Shown: piece by piece, positions 51,661-64,000 of the stretch | How positions within the stretch are numbered: the stretch's first letter is position 1 | Layout: each line of letters opens with the position of its first letter | DNA from: Geosiphon pyriformis uo1 | Lineage: Eukaryota; Fungi; Glomeromycota | Reading direction: 5' to 3' | NCBI GenBank assembly: GCA_016748015.1 | Contig: JAAOMT010000039.1 | Location: 22,426-86,425, forward strand | Length of the DNA stretch: 64,000 nucleotides | Notes under the pieces: model-generated | Told to the model about the DNA's origin: nothing | Database searches by the model: none | Seen by the model: the letters and a program-made list of their open reading frames with translations, nothing else | Made by a program: the position numbers and the translations under genes

Positions 51661-52560
51661 CCGAGCGCCACTTTCATCTCTATATTTAACAATCACACAA
51701 TTCCGGCTGTTGTACACTTTGGACCCTCCAATTCTTTGATATCTAAGCTTCGTTCTGGATAATAACACGGATCCCCAATTCCTCGGCCTTGATGATCAGA
51801 CGTTGTCAAAAGCGATAATATGCCCAACAAAGCATTTTACGAACCATTTTTCGTGTAATATTTGTTGTCTTGCAATTCACCATGTCCAACACTGTAAAAG
51901 GAAAAATGACAATGGCGTCGAATTCACGGGTAAAGAATCCAATTGATTTCAGGTGAACTTCACTTTGCAAATGTATAACTTTTCACCGCATCTGAAAAAT
52001 TACATTTCCAGTAGCCGGGCCATTTTATTCTTACGTTTTGAGGAGGATACTAATAACTTATCCTTTTGGAAGATGAGATAGTCCAAGTAATTACAAATGC
52101 AAACTATAAATCCAATAGAACGTTCACCAATCTTGCCTACATCTTTCGTGGGAGAGTACCATATAAAAGGTATACGGATGCCGTGATAAATGGAGACTGC
52201 ATGAAAGATCCATCCGCTTGGGTTTCGCGGAGCTGTTTTTGTATCTCGTATACCTAGGTAAACTTCCACACGTTAGTTTTGCGAGAGTAGGCTAGCTTGT
52301 TATCTGACATTATCTTGGAAAACCGGTCACCTATTATTATTCCTCTTTTTTTTCGAAAATGAAGAGGCCACAAAGCGTGCTTGCCATTATCCAGAATGGT
52401 AATAGGCTTGTAACTATGTGTGGTAAGCACCGACGGATTATGGAGATGAGTGATATAAAACCTGCTCCATGTGGATTTGAAAAATTTTGCGTACGAATTG
52501 TCATTGTTTATCGCTGATCTTTTCGAGATCGAAATGATCGAGTGTGCTGATAAAAACGTT
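51646..52560 (-). pseudogene. tnpB: Fanzor/TnpB RNA-guided RuvC endonuclease pseudogene
   Basis: FRSRKD; ETQA...AVSIYHGIRIPF.WYSP (decayed DPGxR, RuvC-I); LQSEVHLK...EFDAIVIFPF...RKMLCWAYYRF*QRL..KAEELG..VIIQNEA*ISK (relocated Glu); IGGSKVYNSRNCV...RDESGARGI (RuvC-III). 5' boundary approximate. Confidence 0.88.
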
Positions 52561-52689
52561 TGTCCCTTTTTGGTTCAGGTTTGAATTTTGCTAATTTATA
52601 TTACGCCTAATCAGTAATCAATGCTTCATCGAAGCAAAATACCGAAATACACAACAGTTCACATGAACTTGCGCTTGCCCCATTTTGGA

Positions 52690-53070
52690 GTTTCTTGTCT
52701 TCGTGTTCATTAGCTCTCCTTCCCTGTAGTAGCAAATAAAAACTATATTGATGGCAAGAATATCTTGTGAAAGATGTATTGGAAGAGGTCGAAGGCAAAG
52801 CGGCAAAGCCTATCGCGATGGGTGATCACAATTTCCGAGACCATTGCGCGGCTTCTTTCTTCCAATAGGATCTTTAAGCCCTAATCGTTTGAAATTGATA
52901 CCTGACCCGAGATCGCTGAGGAGTTCTTAGGTTGGAAATCGAGAGAGGAGGAGTTGTTTTTGTCGCTCGAGATCCTGTTTTTGCTTGTACTAGGCGTAGA
53001 AGTAAAGTTTCTTGGTGGTATCAGCATTTTGAGAAGTTTGTTCAGGAAAGGAGTATTTATTTTCGCGGTC
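52690..53070 (-). pseudogene. tnpA: IS607-type TnpA (serine resolvase/transposase) pseudogene
   Basis: YFYA*..KQKQDLERQKQLLLSRFPT*ELLSDLGSGINFKRLGL / SEIVITHRDRLCRFAFDLFQYIF / QDILAINIVFIC..GRRA. The YARVS catalytic motif is disrupted. Confidence 0.85.
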
Positions 53071-53549
53071 AAGCATTACTAAGCAGGTTATTGGTATTTT
53101 TATTGATGGCATTATTAAGCAAATCTTTCATCAGTTAGAATGTCTTTTAGATTTTCCTAATGTATCATTGATTGGTGCTACCAAACCCAGCCAATCCACA
53201 ATAAGGATGATGACATCTAAGCGGGAGTGTAATGTGACGCAACAGTTGACATAGGTTATAAACAGAGCATAGGATTGGTCCGCGGCACAAGAAGAGAGAC
53301 AAATACTCAACTTATGTGTTTTAGACCTTATCATTTCTATTATAAAATCATCTCAATTCACACCCTCTGATCCTCGACGTTCCAAGGTTCACAACTAGCG
53401 AACACAAGGCGCTTTTGAGAAACTGGTTTCTTTCCTCCTTGGACAAAAGGCCACACTTCGAGCAGATTATTTATCATTCCTTTAATCTCAAACATCTTAA
53501 CTATCCTTCTATAAAGTTACCTAGCTAAAGCGTAAAAATTTTCACAACA

Positions 53550-55017
53550 ATGTCAGTTGACCTCGAACCTCCAAATCAACTCTCGTTTACTCGTATGTAT
53601 GAAGTTCGATTGCTACCGAGACATATGTATATTTTGGTTTAGAGTACTTCAGATCAAGACTTTGTCGATATTTCTTTCACCTGATCCTGTACATCCAATG
53701 GTCAAATTATTTTTTGTGCTAAATTCTCTTTAATTTTAGGGCCTTTTACACAAACTGTTAAAGAGTGTCTCACCGTGAGTAATCCTAATCATGAGCCTGT
53801 CGCTTTTAAGGTTAAGACAACTGCTCCAAAACAGTATTGCGTAAGGCCAAATTCCGGAAGGATTGAAGCTGGTCAAAGTGTTACAGTCCAAGGTAATTTC
53901 TATAGGGCGTCATCTACTTTTATATGTGTCAATTTATTATCTATGAAATTCTGGTATTGCAATAAATGTTATTTAAACTGTTTCCTTACTATTCTTAAAT
54001 TTCATTTACAATAGTTGTTCTTCAGCCCATGAAAGAAGATCCACCTCTCGACTATAAATGTAAAGACAAGTTTTTAGTGCAGAGTGTTGCTATCACGCCT
54101 GATCGGGAGACTTTAACTTTGCCTGAATTGGTTAGAAATAATATATACCTTAATAAGGTCATTGCCACATATTTCCTTTGATTAATCATAAAATTTTTAC
54201 AGTGGGCCATAACGGAAAGACAATCAAAAGAGCTGATCAAAGAAAATAAAATTCGATGCATTTACCTTCCACCCCTTGCACCGAGTTTCCTTAATCATAC
54301 TGCCGTTCAACCTTCTTCTTTACCATCTGGCTTCAATCCACCACCCTCACCGACCGAGCAATTTAGTGTTCCTGCCACCAGTATAGCTTCTGATTCAATG
54401 GTATATATCATTCAAAATGTTTATAGCCTGCTTTAGAAAAACATACCCTTTAAAAGTGGTTTGTTTCTGCAATTTCTTTTTCACAGGCCAATTCCCCTGT
54501 TGATCGGCTGACGCACTCAAATTATTCCACAGTCAAGGAAAGTTCTGCTTCACCATTTGAAAAAAATCCGATTTCAAACGTTGAGCGCTCTTCAGCTCCA
54601 ATGAACGTCACCAATGGGAATGATCATAATCAAATCCCCCCAACACCAACTTTTGTAGGCACATTCCCGAAAGATGAGAAAGAACACCATTTCAGATCCA
54701 AAAATACCTACATCAGTGATGCTTCATCTGGCGTTGATGATGAAGCTACTCGTTTACGACGTCAATTAAATGAGGCACAAGAAGAAATAAAACGCCTCAA
54801 TCATGTAGTTGAAAATTACAAGCAAGAATTGGATACTGCCCGTATGAGGCAGCGTAAGAGTGAGGAGGTCGCTGAAAAAGCTGGTAGAAATAGTTCTTCG
54901 GCTAATGCTGGTTTTGCTGTCCGAACACAAGAAAAAATTCCCGAAGGATATTATCCATTTGAATTTATTGTGGGTGCAGCTGTGGCCGCCTTTTTGTTTG
55001 GAGTTATGTTTTTCTAA
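53550..55017 (+). CDS. SCS2: VAP/Scs2 family ER membrane adaptor (MSP domain, coiled coil, C-terminal TM), 346 aa
   Basis: Exons 53550-53592, 53740-53892, 54015-54130, 54203-54400 and 54487-55017. Signature [18 protein letters not shown] and CKDKFLVQ; tail anchor [17 protein letters not shown]. Confidence 0.93.
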
Positions 55018-56277
55018 ACTAAGGTCGCTTAAAACAATGATGGGGAACAAATTTCAGGTACTTGGTTTTCCTTCTTGTTCTTTCGTATATGAGATTTGAT
55101 TTATTTATCGCTTCTAAAGATATCTTTTCCTTTGAGTTTCCCATAATTAATTGAACCTAATAATTTCATATTATTTCTAAGTAGGTAAATTCTATTTCTC
55201 ACGAACATTGGATATATGAATCGCTAGTCCTGAAACCTAGATATACAAAACTGAATCCCTGGGTTTTCTTCCTTACTTTCTCTTCATCTTTCTCATCACA
55301 CATTATCACGATGGCATGATTGCTTTGGACTTTCTGCTGATTAGTAATCTTAGCCTGTTAGAAATTAGGACGGGGTCTGGAATGTCTCTGCCTATGATCA
55401 TTTTTGCTCCCTGGCTATAAACATTTTAAAAACTTTATTTTTGAAACCTTTTTAACATAATAGCATCCTCTCCCGCCTCTAATGCTGGTGTAGAAATTAT
55501 ATCGTATAAAGGTTTAAATTACGTTGGACCTATATTCAATCCAGCTTTAATGTTTTATATGATATTCTTAACCATATATATTCACCTTTTTTCTCAAGCT
55601 GTTATATTTCGCTTCAATCTTTTGTATTATTAGAAGTAACAGCAAGATTTCATTCTTTAAGTCTATCGAAGTTTTAGCCAAGTATTTAAAAAGCGGGGAA
55701 TCTGCCGCGCCGAATTTGAGTGATGTATGATAGAATTTTAACAAGTTGATAACTTGTAACATTGGCTGGCTGAGCAATCACGGATAAAAACCATTCAAAT
55801 AATTCTGTTTTTGAATCGATTAAAAAGTTAATAACTAAAATTTTTATTATCAATTGTATACGATTAAAATCAAAAAATCAAAAAATAATAACAATAATAA
55901 ATTATTATGAAAATGTTTAATTCAATATTTTATTTAAATTAATGATTATTATTATATCTAAAAAAATTCAAAATATTTTATTTTTACATTTTAATATTAT
56001 AAAATTAAAAATTAATTAAACATTAAAATTAATTAACAGATTAGTGAATAGAATAATTCTATTTTGGAAACCTATGAAAATACATGTATTAGAAAAGATA
56101 TTATTTTCGATTAGAATGATTTATATTTATTAAAGTCAAACCTTTTTCCAGCAAAAGCCTTCTTTTTACTAGATTCAAATTTATTTTGATCAGCTATAGT
56201 TTACAAATGATCCTGATGAAATAGAAGATTCCAAAAACCAAAAGATCATGAAAATTTTTTGCATCGTATGAAAAGAA

Positions 56278-56456
56278 AAACTAGCTCGTTTTGTTTTGAC
56301 GTATCATAGATGCTGAGTGTTATGTTGAAATTTTGCAACAGCATGTTGGAAAGTTAATGGAATAGTTGGGAAAAAGTGACGCTTTCAAAAAGATAACAAT
56401 CTCAAGAAAACAAGTCGAGTCGCTAGAAAATGTCCCTGAAGTTATTGACTAACTGC
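56278..56456 (+). mobile_element. Tc1 transposase remnant
   Basis: Close to 5590-5760 (ATTTTGCAACAGCATGTTGGAAA); reads FQKDNNLKKTSR. Confidence 0.65.
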
Positions 56457-57519
56457 AAAATATGGTTTATCAATTCAGTTAGTTGAATTATCGAATATAT
56501 CAATATATTAATCATATGATTCCGTGCGATCTTCGTGAAACATATAAAACCAGCCTATATTTTGAATTTGGAGGTAGAAAATCTATCAAAAGATTTCGCA
56601 AACGGGAGCACTTTTAAAGTTACCCTAGCGAAGATTATTGTATTCCATCGACTAACACTTCATTTGTAGATTGGAATTTTTGAAGAAGACATTTTTAGCC
56701 CCAGGTTGTTTATAATGGAATTCGGATCACAAAAGTTTAAAAATAATGTTTTTCTAATAGTTGAGATCATTATATATTTGAAGTCTATTTTAAATTTTCA
56801 CTGTAATTAAATTCAGAAATCCAAAAAGTAAATTAAAAAATTGATACAAATTTGCATTCAAAGTGGTTTCTTATTTTTCAGCATTATTTTGTGCAACGCT
56901 TTGAAATGAGAAAGTTAAAAAAAAATTTGGAATTTGGAATTAGATCGTAAATTTGCAAAAATTTATTTCAGAAAACACTGTTTTTACCCCCTGGAATTAG
57001 AGTATAAAATCTTGAAGATATTTCTACCATTTTTTTTTTGCAATCGAACAGATAAACCTTGCAAGAGAAAATTGAAATACTAAAAAATAAAAATTTATTG
57101 CAATATTTATTACTAAGGACAAATTTGTTCAATTAAAAGGTAACTTTTATATCCTGAATACTAAAAAAATATAGGCAAGATTTTTGCTCTTAAGATAGAA
57201 AAAATTGCCCAAAATTTTTATATTTTTTAATAGATGTATACGATTCGTTAAAAGAAATGCCGAGCAATCTTGCGGGTTCTTCAATTCTCGCAATAAGAAT
57301 TTCTTGAGACCTTGAATACAAATTGGCTTCCATGATCATAAATTGGCCTCTTGATATGTAAATGGAATTTGAAAGTTGTCTTCTAATACAATTTTATAAT
57401 AAATAATGATGCAAATATTTGGCTTTTCCTGTATAAAAGCCCGCAACAAAATTAAACAATCACAAACATAGCAAAATGGGAAATTAAAGGTATTTTTGAA
57501 TTAACAATATTTTAAAACT

Positions 57520-58640
57520 TCATATATCTTTATCTCACGATATCAGGAATTTATTAAATAGTCAAAATTAGGATTGTCGTTGGGGAAGCGGCTAATAGCG
57601 AATTTGGCAGCAAGTTCATAATATTTTGTTGTGGCACTTTCCAGTGGTTGATTTTAGGAGAACAATACAATTCTCTTTACCAAACCCAAAATTTTGAGAT
57701 GACAATTAGGTAAATATGAGTGCTTAAAGATATTATACAAAAATAATTCACGCATTTTATTATCTGGATAGATATATTTATAATGGCGAAATTTCTCTTG
57801 AAGAACACTGAATACTTAAAATCTGGAATTGTTTGTTGCTGCTAACGAGTTCATTTTGAAAAATCTTATTGACCACCTGGAAAACTATCTAATTAAAAAT
57901 CATGCAAAAGATCTAGAGGAAACTTTGCCTCTGTGCATGAAATATCATTTATGCATGATGCTACAAAAGGTCTGCAGCTAAAAATCCAGCTATAATCTTA
58001 ATCCCTAAATAAAAGTTTTCTTTCCTCAATTTTATCACAGGATGACCTTAATATGGAAAGAAAAGAGATATGGAAAAGATTGTGGAAGAGAGAGTTACTA
58101 AATTAGGTAACTATATTCAGGTATAAGTTTTAACTAGATGGATGAAACTATTTGCAAGAATTCTATCCGGAACTTTTATATGAAGATCTTTGACAACAAA
58201 AGTTTGAATAAACCATTTAAGACAGCTTACCCCTGAATTCAAAGCAAAGACGAAATATACTTTTTTTCAAAACCAACTTGGATATTATATTAATTTGTTG
58301 CTTCTAGACAGTCGGGACAGGCTCATTCCAAAAAAATTTCATTGGTTATGTTATAAAAAAGGAGCAACAGTTACTATAATCATAGTGAAAGAAACTGGCA
58401 TTCTCGCGGCAGTCGTTCAGATGTTTTATTTTTTCCTTGGAGATGGCAAAGCTGAAAATTATAAATGGTAAATTTTTAGCGGATCTGTACCTTTTGGTGG
58501 TTCAAATTATGGAGCTCGAATTTGACGTGTATAATATTGAAATGTGGAGTTATAATTTTCAAAATAGTGCTGGATGCCATTGTCTCAAGGATGGATCTTA
58601 TGAGCACGAGAAATATAATCATTTAAATATAAAACTTGGG
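57520..58640 (+). pseudogene. Heavily degraded BTB-BACK-TLDc copy
   Basis: Fragments IRIVVG, YIYNGEISLEEH, FILKNLIDHLENYLIKNHAKDLE, FQNQLGY and GCHCLKDGSYEH, with the conserved intron position. Confidence 0.8.
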
Positions 58641-59703
58641 TTTATATAACTTGGTTTTTTTTACATTTTCTAAGGTTTGTATCAAAATTGACCTATTTCT
58701 CAAAACAAGGTTAGCTTCATTTGAAATTTTAAAAATTTGCAAAGTGAATCATTTTATAATTTGAGTCTAATAAGAATTGAAAGCAACAAGCCTATGTTAT
58801 TGTGAAATTAAAGAAAGAAGTTGTTTATATTTTGGTATATTTTGGTTTTTTGGCTATGGCAGAAATTTATTTAAGAAATCTGAAAAATAAATTTATCCGA
58901 CTTCCAAAATAAAATAAAATCTTTTAATCTTATAAATTTATACGTTAAAATATTAAACAGAATAAAAATCAGGACTTTTTTTATTTTTATATCTCAAAGG
59001 CTAAAAATAAAGCGTTACTTTTGAGAGTTTTAACCCCCGTCTTTGTTAATAAAAAATTGATACATACAAAATCTAGCTTCTAATTCAAAATTTTCCCCAC
59101 GACCCAATATCCTATTTAATTTCAGTGTACATTTAATGTGTTTTCAGAGTTAGCAATTTGCCAAGTTTTGAATTGCAGTAATTGAAGCTTCTCATTTAAT
59201 ATTTTTTTAACCATGGTTTTTCCATCACCAGATGTATTCTAAATTTTATTAAACTACGAAATATCTAAAATTTAGAAAATTGGTAAAACTAAATGAGTAG
59301 AACAGTTGGGTCGATACTTCTGAACTCCACAATTGAAAAAATTGACGCGGTTTTTCAAGTCTTGTGTTCAACTTACGGCTGCTGAATTCTATTGAAACTT
59401 GCTCAAGAAACATCGATTTGATTTTCTCACTTTTTGAGATCAGACACATTGGAAATATGTTTGTTTCTTGTGTAAAGGTTACTGTATACTAGAAAGTTGA
59501 TGTTCATAAAGCCATGAATTTATGCAGGAAAACATTTATTCGAAACAATTATTAGCCAGATATCTTCCGCTAGTTTTAAATAATGGTAGCTAACATTAGA
59601 CCAAATATAAATTTGTAAAAAATCCATACATCTTATCTTAAAGAAAAAAATCGCTATCTAATTCTTACTACTTAATCATTCTATATTTTGACATAAACAT
59701 CTG

Positions 59704-62176
59704 TCAATTTCTTTGATTAAAAACTGTAGCTTTAGCTTGGAAAACCAATAAACTTAATTCTCTTTCCATCGGCATTCTAATTTGAAAGTTACGTTCAAGT
59801 GTAAATGTCCTTTCAAGATCAACTATTGCGTCCGTGTGTTTATGAACAGAAAAGTTTATTTTTCCTCGCACAAAAAAGGCCCAAGCACAATTAGGATCAA
59901 GAACCAAAGCCGTATTTATATCAACCAAAGCTTCCTCTCTGCGCCGAATTGACCATAATAAGTCTGCTCGTGTACACAAAGCCGACAAATTAGTAGGATC
60001 ATGCCGTAATGCTCGATTGAAATCATTCAAGGCGAGTTCGTTTTGTCCTTTTGACAAATATATTTCGCCCCTATCACACAAAGCCTGAACATCTTTGCCT
60101 TCTATTCGCAAATATCGGTCGAGATCCAATAATGATTCGTCCCATCGATCGAGCAGAAGGTAGAATTTACTACGACATCGAAGGGCCATCGCGTTAGCTT
60201 TTATTGAGACTGCTCTTTCAATATCTTTAAGGCCTTGATGAGTTAGCCCCATCATACAATAAGTTTCGGCGCGACGGCAGAGAGTTGAAACACTATCTTT
60301 CTTAATTTTCAAGGCTTGATTAAGATCATTGATGGCTTCTTCAAATCGTGATTGCAAGCAGTAGACCTTTGCTCGAAATTTCAAGGTAGAGGGACTGTCC
60401 TATATCAAAAAAGAATTTTCGATTTTCAAATGAATTTTAAAACTCTAATCAAAATATGTACTTACTGGTTTGTATTTCAGGCCTTGATTAAAATCTGTCA
60501 GGGCGGCGTCAAAGAGGCCCAGTGTTCGATTCAATTCACCACGGTATTTGAAGGCGGTAGCGTTTGTAGGTTTTTGGTGTAAAGCTTGATTCAAATCTTG
60601 GAATTCGAAGAGTAATTAGCGAGTGGAAAAATAAATTTTCCTGAAACTAGAAAAATCACATACCAATCAAGGCCTGGTCACACATTCCCATACGCCGATA
60701 AACATCTCCACGACTAGCCAAGGCTGAGGAACTTTCAGGCCTCAACAACAATGCCGCATTTAGATCCTCCAATGCCTCTTTATAGCGATGCTGCATGCAG
60801 TAAACATCACCACGATCTCGAATAGCACAAAAGTTTGCGGGATCAATTTTCAATATTTGCTCCAAGTCAATTAAAGCTTTGGCGTAATATCCTTGTTGAT
60901 AGTATACATCACTGCGATTTTTGAGGAGCGATAAATTATTAGGCTGGATCTTTAAAGCTAAACTAAAATCAGCGACTGCCTGATCTAGCCTTCGCAACTT
61001 GCGAAAAACCTCTCCCCTCTTCTCCAGAGAGGTGACGCTTTTAGGTCGAAATTTGAGTGCAGCAGTAAAATCAGTTATTGCGTTATTATATCGTCCAATT
61101 TTGAGGAAAACTTTTCCGCGATCACGCAAGGCGAACGGGTCTTCCGCCTCAACTTTGATTATTTGGTTGAGTACGGTTAATGCCTCGGTGTAGCGATGAA
61201 GTTGATAATAGGAATCGCTTCGAATCTTGAGTGCTGTTCCACTGTGATTACGATGCTTTAGGACTCGGGAAACGTCTGTCAAAGCGTCTTCATAGCGATT
61301 GAGAAAAAAGTAAACATCTGCCCGATGTTTAAATAAACAAATACTCCAAGGTTTGATTTTCAATGCTTGGTCATAGTTTTCCAGAGCTTCTGCACATCGA
61401 CCTAATTTTCGCAAGACTTGGCCACAAAATCGTAGGGAGCTTACTTTTTTTTGTGCAATTTCAAGTTTTAAATCAAATTCTCCCATCGCAAAAACATTGC
61501 CAGCTTGCTTTTGCAATAATTCCTCGAGAACTGCCTTTTTCGAAAATTTTATAGTCGGCATGTATTTTGGATTTTGCAACTTTTCGATGGTGCAGTTCTG
61601 AGGGTCTAATTGAAAAAGTTTCTCCAAATCTGAACGGGCAAGCTCATGATTCCCCATTTTCCGAAGAATTATTGAACGCCCATTTAATGCAAACTTGTTA
61701 TTTGGGATGGACTGGAGAATTATTTCAAAGTCTGTGATAGCTTCTTGAATTCTATTTGTGTATAAATATATTCCAGCTCTGATAAGTCGTGCTAGTTTTA
61801 TTCTCGGCTTTCTATTAAGAACAAAATTTGAATCATACAAAGCCTTGTCGAAATCTTTTAGCATTCCAAATACAATTGCTCGTTGACACCTTGAAGTGAA
61901 CTCATTAAATTTCTTTTGTCGATGTGATAGATGATTAAATGTTTTTTCCCGCAATATTTCCTCAAGATAAAATGTCAGCCACTGGAGCCCTTCCACCCAT
62001 TTTTTTTGATCCACTGCAACCAAAGCTTTATAATATGACGAACATGGGTCAATATTTCTAAATTTGGAATGTTTTGGCCGTGTGATAGTTCTTATTGCCG
62101 GAGTGAGGTCATGATCGGGTCTTACAAAAGCCTTAAAGTCGTAAGTGGAAGTTTTGTGAAACTTTTGTTGACCCAT
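59704..62176 (-). CDS. Long TPR-repeat protein (about 779 aa; 5' end may extend upstream)
   Basis: Exons 62176-60664, 60596-60466 and 60399-59704 are in frame across GT-AG introns. Many TPR units of the form RG..Y..L.RY.EAL.D...AL...P. Confidence 0.88.
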
Positions 62177-63220
62177 AGGGAATGCGGCCTTTATCCATGA
62201 AGAAACTTGATTTAGAAATTTCTTTGAAAATTTGTAAGATCATTTAGGTAAATTTTTTTGGTCAAAGCAAACCTTGGCCCACAGCTTCTCTTTAGTTAGA
62301 CCAATTATCATGTTTCTCCTGTAAAATTTATAGGAATTAATATAGTAACAGTGAATTACAAGTCATTGAATCGAGTCTTTCGATATTTGAAACGCATAAA
62401 TGATGGGAAGATTAGCACCATGATTTGGTTGGGCATGAATGGTTGATAAAATACAATTATCAAATTTCGTCTTACCTTTCTGAGGCATTCAAATACAGAA
62501 TATGATTTCAAAAATTTTTTTTTTCTCTTTCCAAGAAATGGCGATAGTTTATTACCATCACCAAAATACGCAAAAAACAGAACTTCTCGTTAATCAAACT
62601 AACAATTTTTTCCTTAAAACAAGAAACATAAAGGCTAGTAAGTTCAAAATTGTTTAATAGTAGCGCTGGTTTTATCACTGTAACAAATAGTGATGATCAC
62701 CTGGTATTACAAGTCAAAGCAAAATTCCGATTGGAGAGTGACTTTGACTATCCTTCCATTTCTGGTCTCACTCAAAAGCAATATACAAATGCAAGCAGGT
62801 ATTTTTTCCTGCTCAAATTGTAAAATTGGCAAATAGGCTCATCGAGAAGATTATCCGGAATGTTTGATTAAAATTTTACTTTTAGTATTAATCAAATAAC
62901 TTTTGAAATCTGACGTGCTGATGCTATAACCAGAAATTAAAGGGACCAATTGATTGACAGCTGTGAGATTGGAAAAATGCTTTTTAGGGTTGGATTTTGT
63001 CTGGTGACATTAAAATACAATCCTGTTGGATTCAACTTATGAAATAATATTTTTTGCTTATGCTATATTTTTATTTCTCATAATAAAGCTTTATAAATTA
63101 GATTTTTGACCGAAAATCTTTCTTATTTGGTTAGGTTGAAAGGTTACCACATTTGCTTAGTTAACAAGTAAAAATATTGTGATTCATATAAGTCTTGGAT
63201 GAGTTATTTTTATTAATATA

Positions 63221-64000
63221 CAGGGGGGTATAAAAAATATTGGACACTTTTATAATATGTTATATAAAAGAACTAACTTATTAATCGTTAATTTTTTATT
63301 ATTATATTAAAATACATGTTAGTATTTTGTTTGACCCCCATTTGCTTCAAGAATAGCTTGAATTTGACGTGGCATAGACTTGATCAAATTACGATAGTAA
63401 TTTACAGGTATCGCATCCCATTCTTCCTTAACCCACTGTTCCAATTGTACAATAATTGAGGGTTGTGAATTATGTTGACGAATTTTAACTTCAATACATG
63501 ACCAAAGATTTTCTATTGGAGTAATATCAGGACTCTGTGCTGGCCAAGGAAGTAATTCAACATTTGAAGAGGTAAGAAAAGAACGCGCAACTTTTGATGT
63601 GTGGATTGGTGCATTGTCTTCCTGAAAAAAAAAACTAAAAAAGTTTTTTTTGCATGAAGTTTTACCACAGGAATTGCATAATTAGCCAAGGTTTCGCGGT
63701 GCATAACTCCAGTAATATGACCAACCAAAGGAACTAAAGGACCCAAACCAACCCATGAAAAACATCCCCAAAACATGCGACCAAAGCTTTTTCTAACTGT
63801 GGCTGCAATACAATCCTTATGAAACTCTTTGGAAGGTTTACGCCATACACGTCCAAATCCTGTAGTTCTTAATTGTGTATATGTAGATTCATCTGACCAA
63901 ACACCTCGTTTAAAATCTTCTACTGTCCAATTTTCATAAGTACGAGCCCATTGTAAACGTTTTTCTTTATTTGATTTGGAAATTAATGGCTTGAGACGAG
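63221..64000 (-). mobile_element. Tc1 (DD34E) transposon, 3' part, runs off the window
   Basis: TA-CAGGGGGGTATAAAAAATATTGGACAC terminus. Transposase reads WSDES...MFWGCFS...(frameshift in a T run at about 63625)...QEDNAPIH...WPAQSPDITPIENLW...GGQTKY*, stop at 63319. Confidence 0.9.

Larger units (their letters stand above)
51573..53070 (-). mobile_element. Decayed IS607-family element: TnpA serine recombinase plus Fanzor/TnpB
   Basis: Tandem same-strand pseudogenes with IS607 TnpA and Fanzor RuvC motifs. The right end is defined by comparison with the 46115 copy; the left end is not determined. Confidence 0.85.

Noticed and set aside
51646-52560. Active Fanzor nuclease
   Set aside because: Multiple stops and frameshifts, RuvC-I Asp mutated and the first CxxC deleted; only a relic here.
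53071-53340. Left end of the IS607 element
   Set aside because: Several CCG-like candidates, but no second copy covers this end, so no boundary can be supported.
1-64000. tRNA, rRNA or snoRNA genes
   Set aside because: None recognised by eye; a covariance-model scan would be needed to exclude them.

Overview
AT-rich, intron-containing eukaryotic (fungal) genomic DNA. The gene content (expanded BTB-BACK-TLDc family, F-box/LRR, class-3 lipase-like gene, a U12 AT-AC intron, many Tc1 remnants) points to a Glomeromycotina fungus; this is an inference. I could build ten apparently intact genes by hand: a lipase-3-like gene with a Ser->Gly nucleophile change, three BTB-BACK-TLDc genes, a multi-pass membrane protein, two single-pass membrane proteins, an F-box/LRR protein, a VAP/Scs2 homologue and a long TPR protein. 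An eleventh, an AKTIP/Ft1-like E2 variant, is intact only if a minor-spliceosome AT-AC intron is spliced. There are also six BTB-TLDc pseudogenes or fragments, several Tc1/mariner elements and MITEs, and a solo LTR. The most notable feature, largely invisible in the ORF track, is a decayed IS607-type element on the minus strand (about 51573-53070). It carries a serine-recombinase TnpA followed by a Fanzor/TnpB RNA-guided nuclease and a structured 3' end (candidate omega-RNA). A second remnant at about 46115-46398 defines the element's right end. All alignments and translations were done by eye; no database searches were run.
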